From the NCBI GenBank assembly GCA_963828495.1, contig CAWHFJ010000017.1, forward strand, positions 20,342-84,341: a stretch of 64,000 bases of DNA. Direction: 5' to 3'. The DNA comes from Candidatus Omnitrophota bacterium (GTDB lineage: Bacteria; Omnitrophota; Gorgyraeia; Zapsychrales; Fredricksoniimonadaceae). This document shows positions 46,734-55,340 of the stretch, in pieces. The notes under the pieces were generated by a model. That model made no database searches. It worked only from the letters and a program-made list of their open reading frames with translations, and was not told where the DNA came from. Every line of letters starts with the position of its first letter. Position 1 is the first letter of the stretch. The translations under genes were made by a program, and so were the position numbers.

Positions 46734-46813
46734 GAGCGTGCCTGAGAAGGAAATACAATGGCCGAATACCTGTTCATCCTTCATGAGTGCTTCTTTTATG
46801 GTAGAGAGAAATT

Positions 46814-47287
46814 ATGACACGTGAAGAGGTATTAAATAGCCTACGCGAAAAGTTCAAGGGCGATATCAAGAACTTCTTGGAACGCTCGCCGAAGAGGGTT
46901 TATATCGAAATTGATTCAAATGCCCTTGTTCCTTTCGCGACGTACATTTTTAAAGACTTAGGGGCGCGTTTTAATACCGCATCCGGCCTGGATACCCGTC
47001 ACCATTTTGAGATTTTGTATCATTTTACATTGGAAGCATTAGACATGATCGTTTCGTTAAGGGTGATCCTGCCAAGGGATAAATTGGAAATCGCGTCGTT
47101 GACCTGTGTTTTTCAAGGGGCTAACTGGATTGAACGTGAGATCAATGAAATGTTGGGGATCAAATTTACCGGCCATCCGAACCTGCGCCGTTTGCTCTTG
47201 CCGGAAGATTGGCCGGAAGGTGTTTATCCGCTGAGGCGGGATTATAAAGAGTGGGACCCGAATGCTATTCGGGATAGAGGTGTATAA
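46814..47287 (+). CDS. NuoC/MbhK-like subunit
   Basis: FEILYHF...ANWIEREINEMLGIKFTGHP motif. Confidence 0.85.
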   Translation: MTREEVLNSLREKFKGDIKNFLERSPKRVYIEIDSNALVPFATYIFKDLGARFNTASGLDTRHHFEILYHFTLEALDMIVSLRVILPRDKLEIASLTCVFQGANWIEREINEMLGIKFTGHPNLRRLLLPEDWPEGVYPLRRDYKEWDPNAIRDRGV

Positions 47288-47289
47288 GC

Positions 47290-48474
47290 ATGGCTAAAAC
47301 CATTGTACCTATCGGGCCGTATCATCCACTACAGGAAGAACCGGAATTTTTTACTTTGACGGTAGAGGGGGAGACGGTTGTAGCCGTTGACGCCGCTGTG
47401 GGATATAATCACCGCGGGGTTGAGAAACTTTCAGAGATGAAGACCTTTGACCAGTCTACCTTTGTCATTGAACGCATCTGCGGGATTTGCTCCACCAGCC
47501 ATCCTTTTGCCTATACTCAGGCGATAGAGGACATTTTTCCCATAGAGGTCACCGAGCGGGCGAAATATATCCGGATGATCATCGCTGAAGGCGAGCGTAT
47601 CCATTCACATCTTCTATGGCTGGGATTAGCCGGACATTTTTTGGGTTACAACACGGTTTTTATGTGGGCCTGGAAGCTGCGTGAGGAAATTCTGGATGTG
47701 ATGGAAATCCTTTCAGGCAACCGTAATAATTATGCGATGTTTAAACCGGGCGGTGTCCGGCGTGACTTCCATGCAGAGGAAATTCCTGTTGTCCTGAAGA
47801 AAATACGTTCGATTGTCCCAACACTTGAGATGTTAAAAAAAGCGGTGACGGACGATCCTGTGCTTCACGCCCGTACGAAGGGTGTCGGAGTCCTTAGCTA
47901 TGAAGAGGCTGTCAATTTTTGTGCTCTTGGCCCCACGGCCAGGGCCTCAGGGGTTGCGCACGATGTGAGGAAGGATTCTCCTTATGCGGCGTACGCTAGT
48001 GTCCCTTGGGAAATGATTGTGTGTAAAAATGGCGATGTATTTGACAAACTGGCGCTTAGGATCATGGAAACTTTCGAGTCGATTAAGATCGTAACCTATT
48101 GCCTTGAGCATTTGCCGGATGGTCCTATTGATTTGGGCCTTAAGGACGTTCCCGCGGGTGAAGGGATCAGCCATATAGAAGCGCCGCGCGGGGAGTGTTT
48201 TCATTATGTGCTTAGCGACGGTACGAACCGTCCGGCGCGCCACAAGGTCAGGGCCCCGACTTTTATGAATCTCCCGACCTATCAGGCCACGATCGTCGGC
48301 GAAACGATTTCAGATGCGACCATTATCCTGGCAGCCATCGATCCTTGCTATTGCTGCACGGACAGGATGGCGGTGCGCGACGTTAAGGGTCGAAAAATGT
48401 ATGACGGCGAAGATCTCATCCGCCTGTCCCAGGAAAAGACCGCAAAAATCAGGAATAAAATGGGTGTGAAATGA
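47290..48474 (+). CDS. Group-4 [NiFe] hydrogenase large subunit (NuoD/MbhL/EchE-like)
   Basis: RICGICSTSH (N-terminal) and DPCYCCTDR (C-terminal). All four Ni-Fe cysteine ligands are present. Confidence 0.9.
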   Translation: MAKTIVPIGPYHPLQEEPEFFTLTVEGETVVAVDAAVGYNHRGVEKLSEMKTFDQSTFVIERICGICSTSHPFAYTQAIEDIFPIEVTERAKYIRMIIAEGERIHSHLLWLGLAGHFLGYNTVFMWAWKLREEILDVMEILSGNRNNYAMFKPGGVRRDFHAEEIPVVLKKIRSIVPTLEMLKKAVTDDPVLHARTKGVGVLSYEEAVNFCALGPTARASGVAHDVRKDSPYAAYASVPWEMIVCKNGDVFDKLALRIMETFESIKIVTYCLEHLPDGPIDLGLKDVPAGEGISHIEAPRGECFHYVLSDGTNRPARHKVRAPTFMNLPTYQATIVGETISDATIILAAIDPCYCCTDRMAVRDVKGRKMYDGEDLIRLSQEKTAKIRNKMGVK

Positions 48475-50126
48475 GTTCACCGGGCGCTCTATTTAAATTC
48501 AGTCATCTCTCTTTTTTTATAGGGACTTTTATTGTTTTCTTTTCCCTGCTTATCTTGCTTTATTCGTTAGGGGCCATGCGCGGGCAAAAAGGCCTTATGC
48601 GTTATTATTTTTATCTTGTATTGACGTCTTTGACGGCGCTGGGGGCGGTGTTTGCCAATCATCTGATACTCTTTCTTGTTTTTTGGGGTTTCATGGGGCT
48701 CCTTTTATATCTTCTTGTCAGTTTTGGTCAAAAGGAAAGGACCCCTCAAACAGCCAAGAAGGCTTTGATTATCCTGGTAGGCACAGATGCCTTTATGATA
48801 TTGGGTATGGCTATTGTATGGAAGCTGACAGGTTCCTGGCGCATGGATGCCATTCATATTGCTTTGAGAACGCCGCTTGCGGCGGTAGCGTATCTTTGTT
48901 TTGTCTCGGCAGCTTTTGCTAAAGCCGGTGCCATGCCTTTTCATACATGGATTCCCGACACGGCTGAAGATGCCCCGGCGTCGGTGACTGCTTTTTTACC
49001 GGCGGCCCTGGACAAGCTTTTGGGTATTTATTTTCTGGTCCGGGTATCGATGGACCTTTTTCAAATGAATGCGGCTATGAGTACATTTCTAATGGGCATA
49101 GGGAGTTTGACGATTATTTGTGCGGTGATGATGGCCCTTATCCAGCATGATCTTAAGAAGCTTTTGGGTTATCACGCAATCAGTCAGGTCGGCTACACGG
49201 TACTTGGCATCGGCACCGGCAATCCCGTCGGCATTGCCGGAGGCCTATTTCATATGCTTAATAATGCTGTTTATAAATCATGCCTTTTTCTTTCCGCAGG
49301 AGCTGTAGAAAAGAAAACCGGAACAACGGACCTCGATAAGCTGGGAGGGCTCTCCAAAACCATGCCGGTGGTTTATGTGTCTTTTTTAATCGCATCACTG
49401 GCCATTTCCGGTGTTCCGCCATTGAATGGATTTGCTTCCAAATGGATGATTTATTTAGGCGTTATTGAAACGGGCAGGCAGGGGAATCATTTGTGGATTG
49501 TATGGCTTGTGGCTGCAATGTTCGGCAGCGCCATGACGCTGGCCAGTTTTATGAAACTGGTACATGCCGTATTTTTAGGTCAGCCTTCTGCAGAGAGGAC
49601 ACTATCGGCCGGCGGAAAAGACAAAACGCCTATGACCATGGGATTTCCGATTGTTCTGTTGGCCGGCCTTTGTGTTCTCTTCGGTATTTTTGCCAGGCAA
49701 ATTCCTTTAGGGCTTTTTATCTGCCCAAGTCTAAAACAGCACGTGGCTTTCTCTGGGACATGGAGTGCGGGTGTGGCCACTATTTTAATTATTTTGGGGT
49801 TGCTTGTCGGATTTGTTATCTATCTTTTGGGCATGGCCGGAAAATCAAGGACAACAGCCCCATTTGTCGGCGGAGAAACCTTAAAGGAACATCCTGAAAT
49901 GAGGATGTCAGGAACGGAATTCTACCAGACTGTTGGGGATATAGGTCTGCTAAAGAGGATTTATGCATTGGCCCAAGAAAAGGTCTTTGATATTTATGAG
50001 TTAGGCCTTAAGGGTGCACAAAAGCTTTATGGGATCTTACGTTTTCTTCATAACGGCATCTTGCCGACGTATCTGGCCTGGTGTCTTTTAGGCATGATCG
50101 CGCTTTTTTATATTTTGTTAAAGTGA
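48471..50126 (+). CDS. Antiporter-like subunit (MrpD/NuoL/MbhH-like)
   Basis: AMPFHTWIPDTAEDAP, LLGYHAISQVGY and SGVPPLNGFASKW motifs. Confidence 0.8.
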   Translation: MSSPGALFKFSHLSFFIGTFIVFFSLLILLYSLGAMRGQKGLMRYYFYLVLTSLTALGAVFANHLILFLVFWGFMGLLLYLLVSFGQKERTPQTAKKALIILVGTDAFMILGMAIVWKLTGSWRMDAIHIALRTPLAAVAYLCFVSAAFAKAGAMPFHTWIPDTAEDAPASVTAFLPAALDKLLGIYFLVRVSMDLFQMNAAMSTFLMGIGSLTIICAVMMALIQHDLKKLLGYHAISQVGYTVLGIGTGNPVGIAGGLFHMLNNAVYKSCLFLSAGAVEKKTGTTDLDKLGGLSKTMPVVYVSFLIASLAISGVPPLNGFASKWMIYLGVIETGRQGNHLWIVWLVAAMFGSAMTLASFMKLVHAVFLGQPSAERTLSAGGKDKTPMTMGFPIVLLAGLCVLFGIFARQIPLGLFICPSLKQHVAFSGTWSAGVATILIILGLLVGFVIYLLGMAGKSRTTAPFVGGETLKEHPEMRMSGTEFYQTVGDIGLLKRIYALAQEKVFDIYELGLKGAQKLYGILRFLHNGILPTYLAWCLLGMIALFYILLK

Positions 50127-50130
50127 GACT

Positions 50131-50649
50131 ATGACTGTACTCTATTTTCTTTTGATTTTTATGATTGTGGCGGCCATCATGGCCATTGAACTGGAAGACC
50201 TCATTTCCTCCGTTGTGGCGATCTTTGCGGCCGGACTTGCGCTGTGTATGACATTTACCGTGCTTAAGGCCCCGGATGTGGCCATTATGCAGTTGATCGT
50301 CGAACCTTTGGCCCTGCTGGTCTTGATCAAAGCGACATTACGCAGGGACTTGCCGTTTTCCTTGTCGGGCAGATGGTATATCAATACGTTTATTTACGCG
50401 GCTTTTTTTATTACACTTTTTGTCGTGGCTTTAAAATGCTTTAAAGACCTTTCGCCTTTCGGTCATCCTTTGATGAAAAACATAGCGTTGCTGGGAGCGG
50501 GTTTGTATAAAACAGGGGAAGTCAATTTAGTTTCGGCCGTGATATTAAAATATCGCATTTTTGATTCGTTCGGGGAAGCCGCCATATTATTCGTCGCTGT
50601 TATAGCGGTTTTGACTATCCTAAGGCCTAAAGGGAAAAAGCATGAATAA
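50131..50649 (+). CDS. MbhD/MbhE-like (DUF4040 plus MnhB-related) membrane subunit
   Basis: N-terminal DUF4040-like TM helices. C-terminal NLVSAVILKYRIFDSFGEA motif. Confidence 0.6.
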   Translation: MTVLYFLLIFMIVAAIMAIELEDLISSVVAIFAAGLALCMTFTVLKAPDVAIMQLIVEPLALLVLIKATLRRDLPFSLSGRWYINTFIYAAFFITLFVVALKCFKDLSPFGHPLMKNIALLGAGLYKTGEVNLVSAVILKYRIFDSFGEAAILFVAVIAVLTILRPKGKKHE

Positions 50650-51091
50650 GCAAGAACCGGGGATGTCATTGATTGTGCAGACGGCCACGAGGCTTAGCGT
50701 CGGCTTTGTTTTATTATACGGGATTAACATTGTTATCCGGGGGCACGTCTTACCCGGAGGAGGGTTTGTCGGCGGTATTATCATTGCGCTCACCTTTATT
50801 AACCTTATGTTGGCCTATGGCAGGAAAGCCGGTTTAAAAAAGTTGCCCAGGCTGGTCGCGTTATTTTTTACGACCAGAGGGATCCTTGTGCTTTTTAGTC
50901 TTGTACTTTTGTCCTTTGTCGTCGGGTATTTAGCGTTGGATTTTATTTCCAAGGGCGACCCGTTTAGTCTTTATAACACGGGGATAATATCTTTTGGGCC
51001 CGTAGAAATTGCCTTAAAGGCGGCCACAGGGGTATTTGCCATTTTTTCCGTTGTCTTACTTTTGCAGTATAAAGAAGAGGACCAGGATTAG
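50642..51091 (+). CDS. MnhB/MrpB-like subunit
   Basis: RGHVLPGGGFVGGIIIAL motif. Confidence 0.65.
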   Translation: MNKQEPGMSLIVQTATRLSVGFVLLYGINIVIRGHVLPGGGFVGGIIIALTFINLMLAYGRKAGLKKLPRLVALFFTTRGILVLFSLVLLSFVVGYLALDFISKGDPFSLYNTGIISFGPVEIALKAATGVFAIFSVVLLLQYKEEDQD

Positions 51092-51102
51092 GGGGAATTT
51101 GC

Positions 51103-51387
51103 ATGACAGCCTATTTGCTTTGCCTGATATTGTTTGGACTTGGGCTTTATTGTATTTTGCGCAAACGCAACATCATCAAAATGATCATCGGGGTTGTTAT
51201 TGCGCAATATGCCGTTAATTTATTTTTTGTGTTGATATCTTATACCGATCCTATTCCTCAGGCCGTAGTGCTGACTTCGATCGTCGTTGGCCTGTCTCTG
51301 GTCATTGTATTGATTGCTTTGGCCATACGCATTTATGAAAAGTACGGGACTTTTGACATCACCCAAATCAAGGATTTAAGAGAATGA
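51103..51387 (+). CDS. MnhC/MrpC/NuoK-like subunit
   Basis: 94 aa, 3 TM segments, NIIKMIIGVVIAQYAVNLFFV. Confidence 0.7.
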   Translation: MTAYLLCLILFGLGLYCILRKRNIIKMIIGVVIAQYAVNLFFVLISYTDPIPQAVVLTSIVVGLSLVIVLIALAIRIYEKYGTFDITQIKDLRE

Positions 51388-52889
51388 TGTCCGCTGCCAA
51401 TCTACTTTGTCTTTTTATTGTTATCCCCTTGGCCGGAGGGTTTTTGATCACCTGGGTCGGAAACCGTGACCAGAGATTTGCCGCTTACTTAACAAGGGTC
51501 TTGACCTTAGGCCAGCTTTTGACCGCCGTTGGTTTACTGGTTGTCGTCAACCGTCATGGTATTCTGGTCTACTCGACAGGCATTGGAAAATCAACCATGG
51601 GGATTTCGCTGGTGCTGGATGGATTGTCGGTATTTATGAGTGTCATCGTGAGTCTCATGGCATTTTTGATCGCCATCTATTCTGTGGATTATATTGACAG
51701 ATTCACCTCAACCTGGAAATTCTACGCCTTATTTCTTTTTATGATAGCGGGTATGAACGGCGTTATTATGACCGGCGACATATTTAATCTTTATGTTTTT
51801 CTTGAAATAACCTCTGTGGCGACCATCGCCTTAATCGCTTTTGGGGTTGAGCGCTACCAATTTGAAGCCGCCTTTAAGTATGCGATCTTAAGTGTCATGG
51901 GTTCATTTTTTATCCTGTTGGCCATTGCGCTTTTGTATAGCTTTACTTCTACGTTAAACATGGCGCAAATGGCTTATGTCTTTGCCCATTCCGGTAAAAC
52001 TAACATTGGTATGATGATCAGTGTTTTGTTGATCATGGGATTTGGACTGAAGGCAGCACTTGTCCCTTTTCATGCTTGGTTGCCGGATGCTCATCCGTCG
52101 GCGCCGGCACCGGTTTCGGCCATGCTCTCAGGGGTGCTGATCAAAGCTCTGGGGTTTTATACGCTATGCCGGATTTTTTATAATGTGATCGGAGTGACCC
52201 CGGATATTTTAGGGATATTTATGTTTTTAGGCGCGGTGTCTATGCTTGTCGGAGGACTTTTAGCTATAGGCCAGTGGGACATTAAGCGCCTTTTGGCTTG
52301 CTCGTCTATCAGTCAGATGGGCTATATTTTTTTAGGTATAGGTCTGGCAACACCTCTGGGGATTTTGGGGGCCATTTTCCATGTTTTTAACCATTCGATG
52401 ATCAAGTCACTTTTGTTCTTGAATGCCGGTGCTGTGGAATATGCGACGGGTACACGCGATCTTAAGAAGCTTGGCGGACTGAATCACAAAATGCCGGTCA
52501 CAGGGATAACTCAATTTATAGGCACTATGTCTGTGTCAGGAGTGCCTCCGTTTAACGGATTTTTTAGCAAGCTCATCATTATTATCGCTGCTGTTCAAGC
52601 AGGAAGGTTAGGGTATGCCTTTTGTGCGGTCGTGGCCAGTTTGTTAACATTAGGCGCGCTGATGAAGGTGGTCAGGTATGGTTTTCGCGGGCCTTTAAAG
52701 GCAGAACTGGCGCATATTAAGGAAGTCCCGATAGGCATGCGTCTTCCTATGGAAGTTTTGGCGTTAGGTTGTGTGTTAGGAGGCTGCCTGCTTATTCCCG
52801 GAATCAGGGAGTTGTTCTTAGGTCAGGCCATCAATGTGATTCTTAACGGAAAGAATTACATGCATTTAGTTTTGCAGCATTTTGTTTAA
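51384..52889 (+). CDS. Second antiporter-like subunit (MrpD/NuoM/N-like)
   Basis: LVPFHAWLPDAHPSAPAPVSAMLSG, SQMGYIF and SGVPPFNGFFSK motifs. Confidence 0.8.
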   Translation: MMSAANLLCLFIVIPLAGGFLITWVGNRDQRFAAYLTRVLTLGQLLTAVGLLVVVNRHGILVYSTGIGKSTMGISLVLDGLSVFMSVIVSLMAFLIAIYSVDYIDRFTSTWKFYALFLFMIAGMNGVIMTGDIFNLYVFLEITSVATIALIAFGVERYQFEAAFKYAILSVMGSFFILLAIALLYSFTSTLNMAQMAYVFAHSGKTNIGMMISVLLIMGFGLKAALVPFHAWLPDAHPSAPAPVSAMLSGVLIKALGFYTLCRIFYNVIGVTPDILGIFMFLGAVSMLVGGLLAIGQWDIKRLLACSSISQMGYIFLGIGLATPLGILGAIFHVFNHSMIKSLLFLNAGAVEYATGTRDLKKLGGLNHKMPVTGITQFIGTMSVSGVPPFNGFFSKLIIIIAAVQAGRLGYAFCAVVASLLTLGALMKVVRYGFRGPLKAELAHIKEVPIGMRLPMEVLALGCVLGGCLLIPGIRELFLGQAINVILNGKNYMHLVLQHFV

Positions 52890-52893
52890 TTTT

Positions 52894-52918
52894 TGTCATT
52901 CCCGCGCAAGCGGGAATC
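52894..52918 (+). repeat. Small hairpin repeat TGTCATTCCCGC-gcaa-GCGGGAATC between mrpD-like and mrpE-like genes
   Basis: 8-bp stem with a GCAA loop. It shares TGTCATTCCCGCG with the inverted copy at 11034-11057. Confidence 0.55.
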
Positions 52919-52926
52919 TAATTCAT

Positions 52927-53421
52927 ATGAAGAAAGTTGTTTTATTTATCATCAGTCTTTTGACGTGGGCCTGTTTAGATTGGCCGATGACACTATGGTC
53001 TCTGGCGATTGGGGCCATGGCTTCCGTTGTTGTGGTCTATGTTGTCGGAGACCTTTGTCTGGAACATCCGGAGGTTTGGCAGCAGCCCAAGAGATATTTT
53101 TACTATTTTTCTTTGTATTTGCCTGCGGTCGTTTGGGAAATGACCAAGGCCAATATAGATGCCGCAGGGCGTATTCTGCATCCGAGGCTTTCTCTGCGTC
53201 CGGGAATTGTTAAAGTCAAAACGACTTTAAAGAATGACATTGCCTTGACCGCTTTGGCCAACTCGATTTCCTATATGCCGGGGCTGATTGTCGTTGACAT
53301 TGATAAAGATGACGGGTTTCTGTATGTCCACTGGAATGATGTCAAGGCCACAGATATAGAAACAGCAACCAAAATCATTGTTGAACGGTTTGAAAAGATT
53401 TTATTGAAAGTTTTTTATTAG
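52927..53421 (+). CDS. MnhE/MrpE-like subunit
   Basis: Two N-terminal TM segments plus a soluble domain (LTPGLIVVDID-like YMPGLIVVDIDKDDGFLYVHW). Confidence 0.7.
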   Translation: MKKVVLFIISLLTWACLDWPMTLWSLAIGAMASVVVVYVVGDLCLEHPEVWQQPKRYFYYFSLYLPAVVWEMTKANIDAAGRILHPRLSLRPGIVKVKTTLKNDIALTALANSISYMPGLIVVDIDKDDGFLYVHWNDVKATDIETATKIIVERFEKILLKVFY

Positions 53422-53467
53422 CCCCGCCTGTTGTTAGCAACAAAGCAGCGGGGCCCAGTTGGGGGAG

Positions 53468-53749
53468 ATGTACATGCATCTTTATCCGGAGTTTGTCAGC
53501 CACGCTTTCCGCATCATACTTTTAGCTGCCATGATGTGTCTGTTTCGAATCATTAAGGGGCCAAGCACGGCAGACAGGGTGGTCGCTGTTCATATTTTAG
53601 GCGTCATGATGGTAGGTATTTGCGCTTTGTTGGCGTTGGGTACCGGGCATTCCTGGTATATCGATATCGGTATTGCCTGGGGCTTGCAGGCGTTTATCTG
53701 CATCCTAGCGCTGTCTAAGAATTTGGAAGGGAAGGGCATTGATGATTAA
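53468..53749 (+). CDS. MnhF/MrpF-like subunit
   Basis: FRIIKGPSTADRVVAV motif. Confidence 0.75.
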   Translation: MYMHLYPEFVSHAFRIILLAAMMCLFRIIKGPSTADRVVAVHILGVMMVGICALLALGTGHSWYIDIGIAWGLQAFICILALSKNLEGKGIDD

Positions 53750-54071
53750 TACGTTGGGGTTCATTTTTATAGGCATTGGGCTTAGCTTTGATGTTATAGG
53801 CTGCGTGGGGCTGGTTCGTTTGCCGGATGTTTATAATCGTCTGCAGGCCGCGATTAAATGCGTGACCATAGGGACAAGCAATATTCTTTTAGGTGTGTTA
53901 TTAATAGAAGGATTTAATTCTACGGGTATGAAAATTTTAGTTTGTACGGTTTTCTTGATTTTTACGGCACCGGTTGCCGCGCACGCGCTTTTACGAGGCG
54001 CACGTCGCTCCGGAGTAAAAATGTGTCAAGAAAGCATTGTGGACCAATACGAGTCCGATAACGAGTCATAG
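53739..54071 (+). CDS. MnhG/MrpG-like subunit
   Basis: GCVGLVRLPDVYNRLQA and APVAAHALLRGA motifs. Confidence 0.75.
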   Translation: MMINTLGFIFIGIGLSFDVIGCVGLVRLPDVYNRLQAAIKCVTIGTSNILLGVLLIEGFNSTGMKILVCTVFLIFTAPVAAHALLRGARRSGVKMCQESIVDQYESDNES

Positions 54072-54075
54072 GATT

Positions 54076-54687
54076 ATGTTACCATTACCTAAATTACGAG
54101 AACTCAAGGAAGCCATCAAGGCGCTTATTGTGGGCCCGTATACTTCCAAATTCCCTAAAGAACCGCATAAACCCCATCCCAATTTTAGGGGACAGCCGAA
54201 GTTTAATGATAAAAAATGTGTCGGCTGTCTGGCGTGCGAGGAAGTCTGTCCCGTGGCGGCCATTGCCCATAAGGACACCATCGAAGACCAACAAGTGCCT
54301 AAACGCTTGATGATTCATTACACCGATATCTGTATCTTTTGCGGCCAATGTGAGGCGGCATGCATAGCTGATCATCTGGGCATCAAACTGTCCAATGACT
54401 GGGAACTTTCTTTTTTTGACCGCAAGCGCTCGTACGAGACCATTGAAAAGGAAATACAGCTTTGTGAAGTGTGCGGTAAGACAATTGCCTGCAAAGACCA
54501 TCTGAAGTGGATCGCCGAAAAAATAGGGGAACTGAGCTACTCAAATCCCAGCCTTTACTTGTCCCGTCTGCAAGACCTTGAGCTCATCGATAAGAATTTA
54601 TTAAGTTCTTTTAAAGACCAGGGCCGTTCGGACCGCACAAAAATCCTATGCGCCTACTGCCGCCGATCTACAACTTTAACAAGGTAG
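54076..54687 (+). CDS. NuoI/MbhN/HycF-like 2x[4Fe-4S] subunit
   Basis: CVGCLACEEVCP and CIFCGQCEAAC motifs. The ORF could start at 54037. Confidence 0.75.
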   Translation: MLPLPKLRELKEAIKALIVGPYTSKFPKEPHKPHPNFRGQPKFNDKKCVGCLACEEVCPVAAIAHKDTIEDQQVPKRLMIHYTDICIFCGQCEAACIADHLGIKLSNDWELSFFDRKRSYETIEKEIQLCEVCGKTIACKDHLKWIAEKIGELSYSNPSLYLSRLQDLELIDKNLLSSFKDQGRSDRTKILCAYCRRSTTLTR

Positions 54688-55106
54688 TCATCGTTGGCAT
54701 TGGCCATCCCTTGCGCGGCGACGATGCTTTGGGCCCATGTCTGGTTAAGCGGCTGGAGGGACATACGGACGCTCTTTGTATCGACGCGGGAAGTGCCCCG
54801 GAGAATTATCTGGGGAAAATTATCAAGGCATCGCCTGATGTGGTCCTTTTCATTGACGCGGTTGACTTCAACCAAGAGCCGGGGTATTATAAAATTTTAG
54901 AGCAGGAAGAGATTTTAAAGACCGGTTTTACGACCCATGATCTTTCACCGAGGATGCTGATTGAATATTTGGCCACCGAGACCAAGGCAAAGATATATCT
55001 GTTGGGGATTCAGCCTAAAGACTTAGGGATAGGCCAAGAGCTTTCTCTCCCTGTTCAAAAGACTTTAAATGAATTGGAAGGACTCTTATGCATGAAACCC
55101 ACCTGA
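54648..55106 (+). CDS. hycI: Hydrogenase maturation endopeptidase (HycI/HyaD family)
   Basis: VVIVGIGHPLRGDDALG and IDAVD motifs. Confidence 0.8.
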   Translation: MRLLPPIYNFNKVVIVGIGHPLRGDDALGPCLVKRLEGHTDALCIDAGSAPENYLGKIIKASPDVVLFIDAVDFNQEPGYYKILEQEEILKTGFTTHDLSPRMLIEYLATETKAKIYLLGIQPKDLGIGQELSLPVQKTLNELEGLLCMKPT

Positions 55107-55330
55107 TCGAGCCTATTATCAAAGGGATACTGGAACACGCCAAGAAGGAATCTGCCCGAACAGTCACTAAGGTCCATCTTAAGGTGGGAGTTTTGACGGG
55201 GGTTAAAGAAGAATCTTTTAAAGAAACCTTTCGCGTACTGGCTCAAGGAACGATGCTGGAAAATACCCGTTTGGAATTGACCTTTTTCCCCGGGACAAGG
55301 GTCGAAGTCATTTCGTTTGATATTGAATAA
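55088..55330 (+). CDS. Truncated HypA-like protein lacking the zinc (CxxC...CxxC) module
   Basis: MHETHLIEPIIKGILEHA...VHLKVGVLTGV aligns with the HypA N-terminal Ni-binding domain. It ends at 80 aa with no cysteines. Confidence 0.55.
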   Translation: MHETHLIEPIIKGILEHAKKESARTVTKVHLKVGVLTGVKEESFKETFRVLAQGTMLENTRLELTFFPGTRVEVISFDIE

Positions 55331-55340
55331 TGCTTAAGTT

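Noticed and set aside
47290-48474. Interpreting the Mrp-linked complex as an Mbx/Mbs-type non-hydrogenase because it has two antiporter-like subunits
   Set aside because: Both CxxC pairs of the Ni-Fe site (RICGICSTSH, DPCYCCTDR) are intact, and a HycI-type protease is encoded in the cluster.
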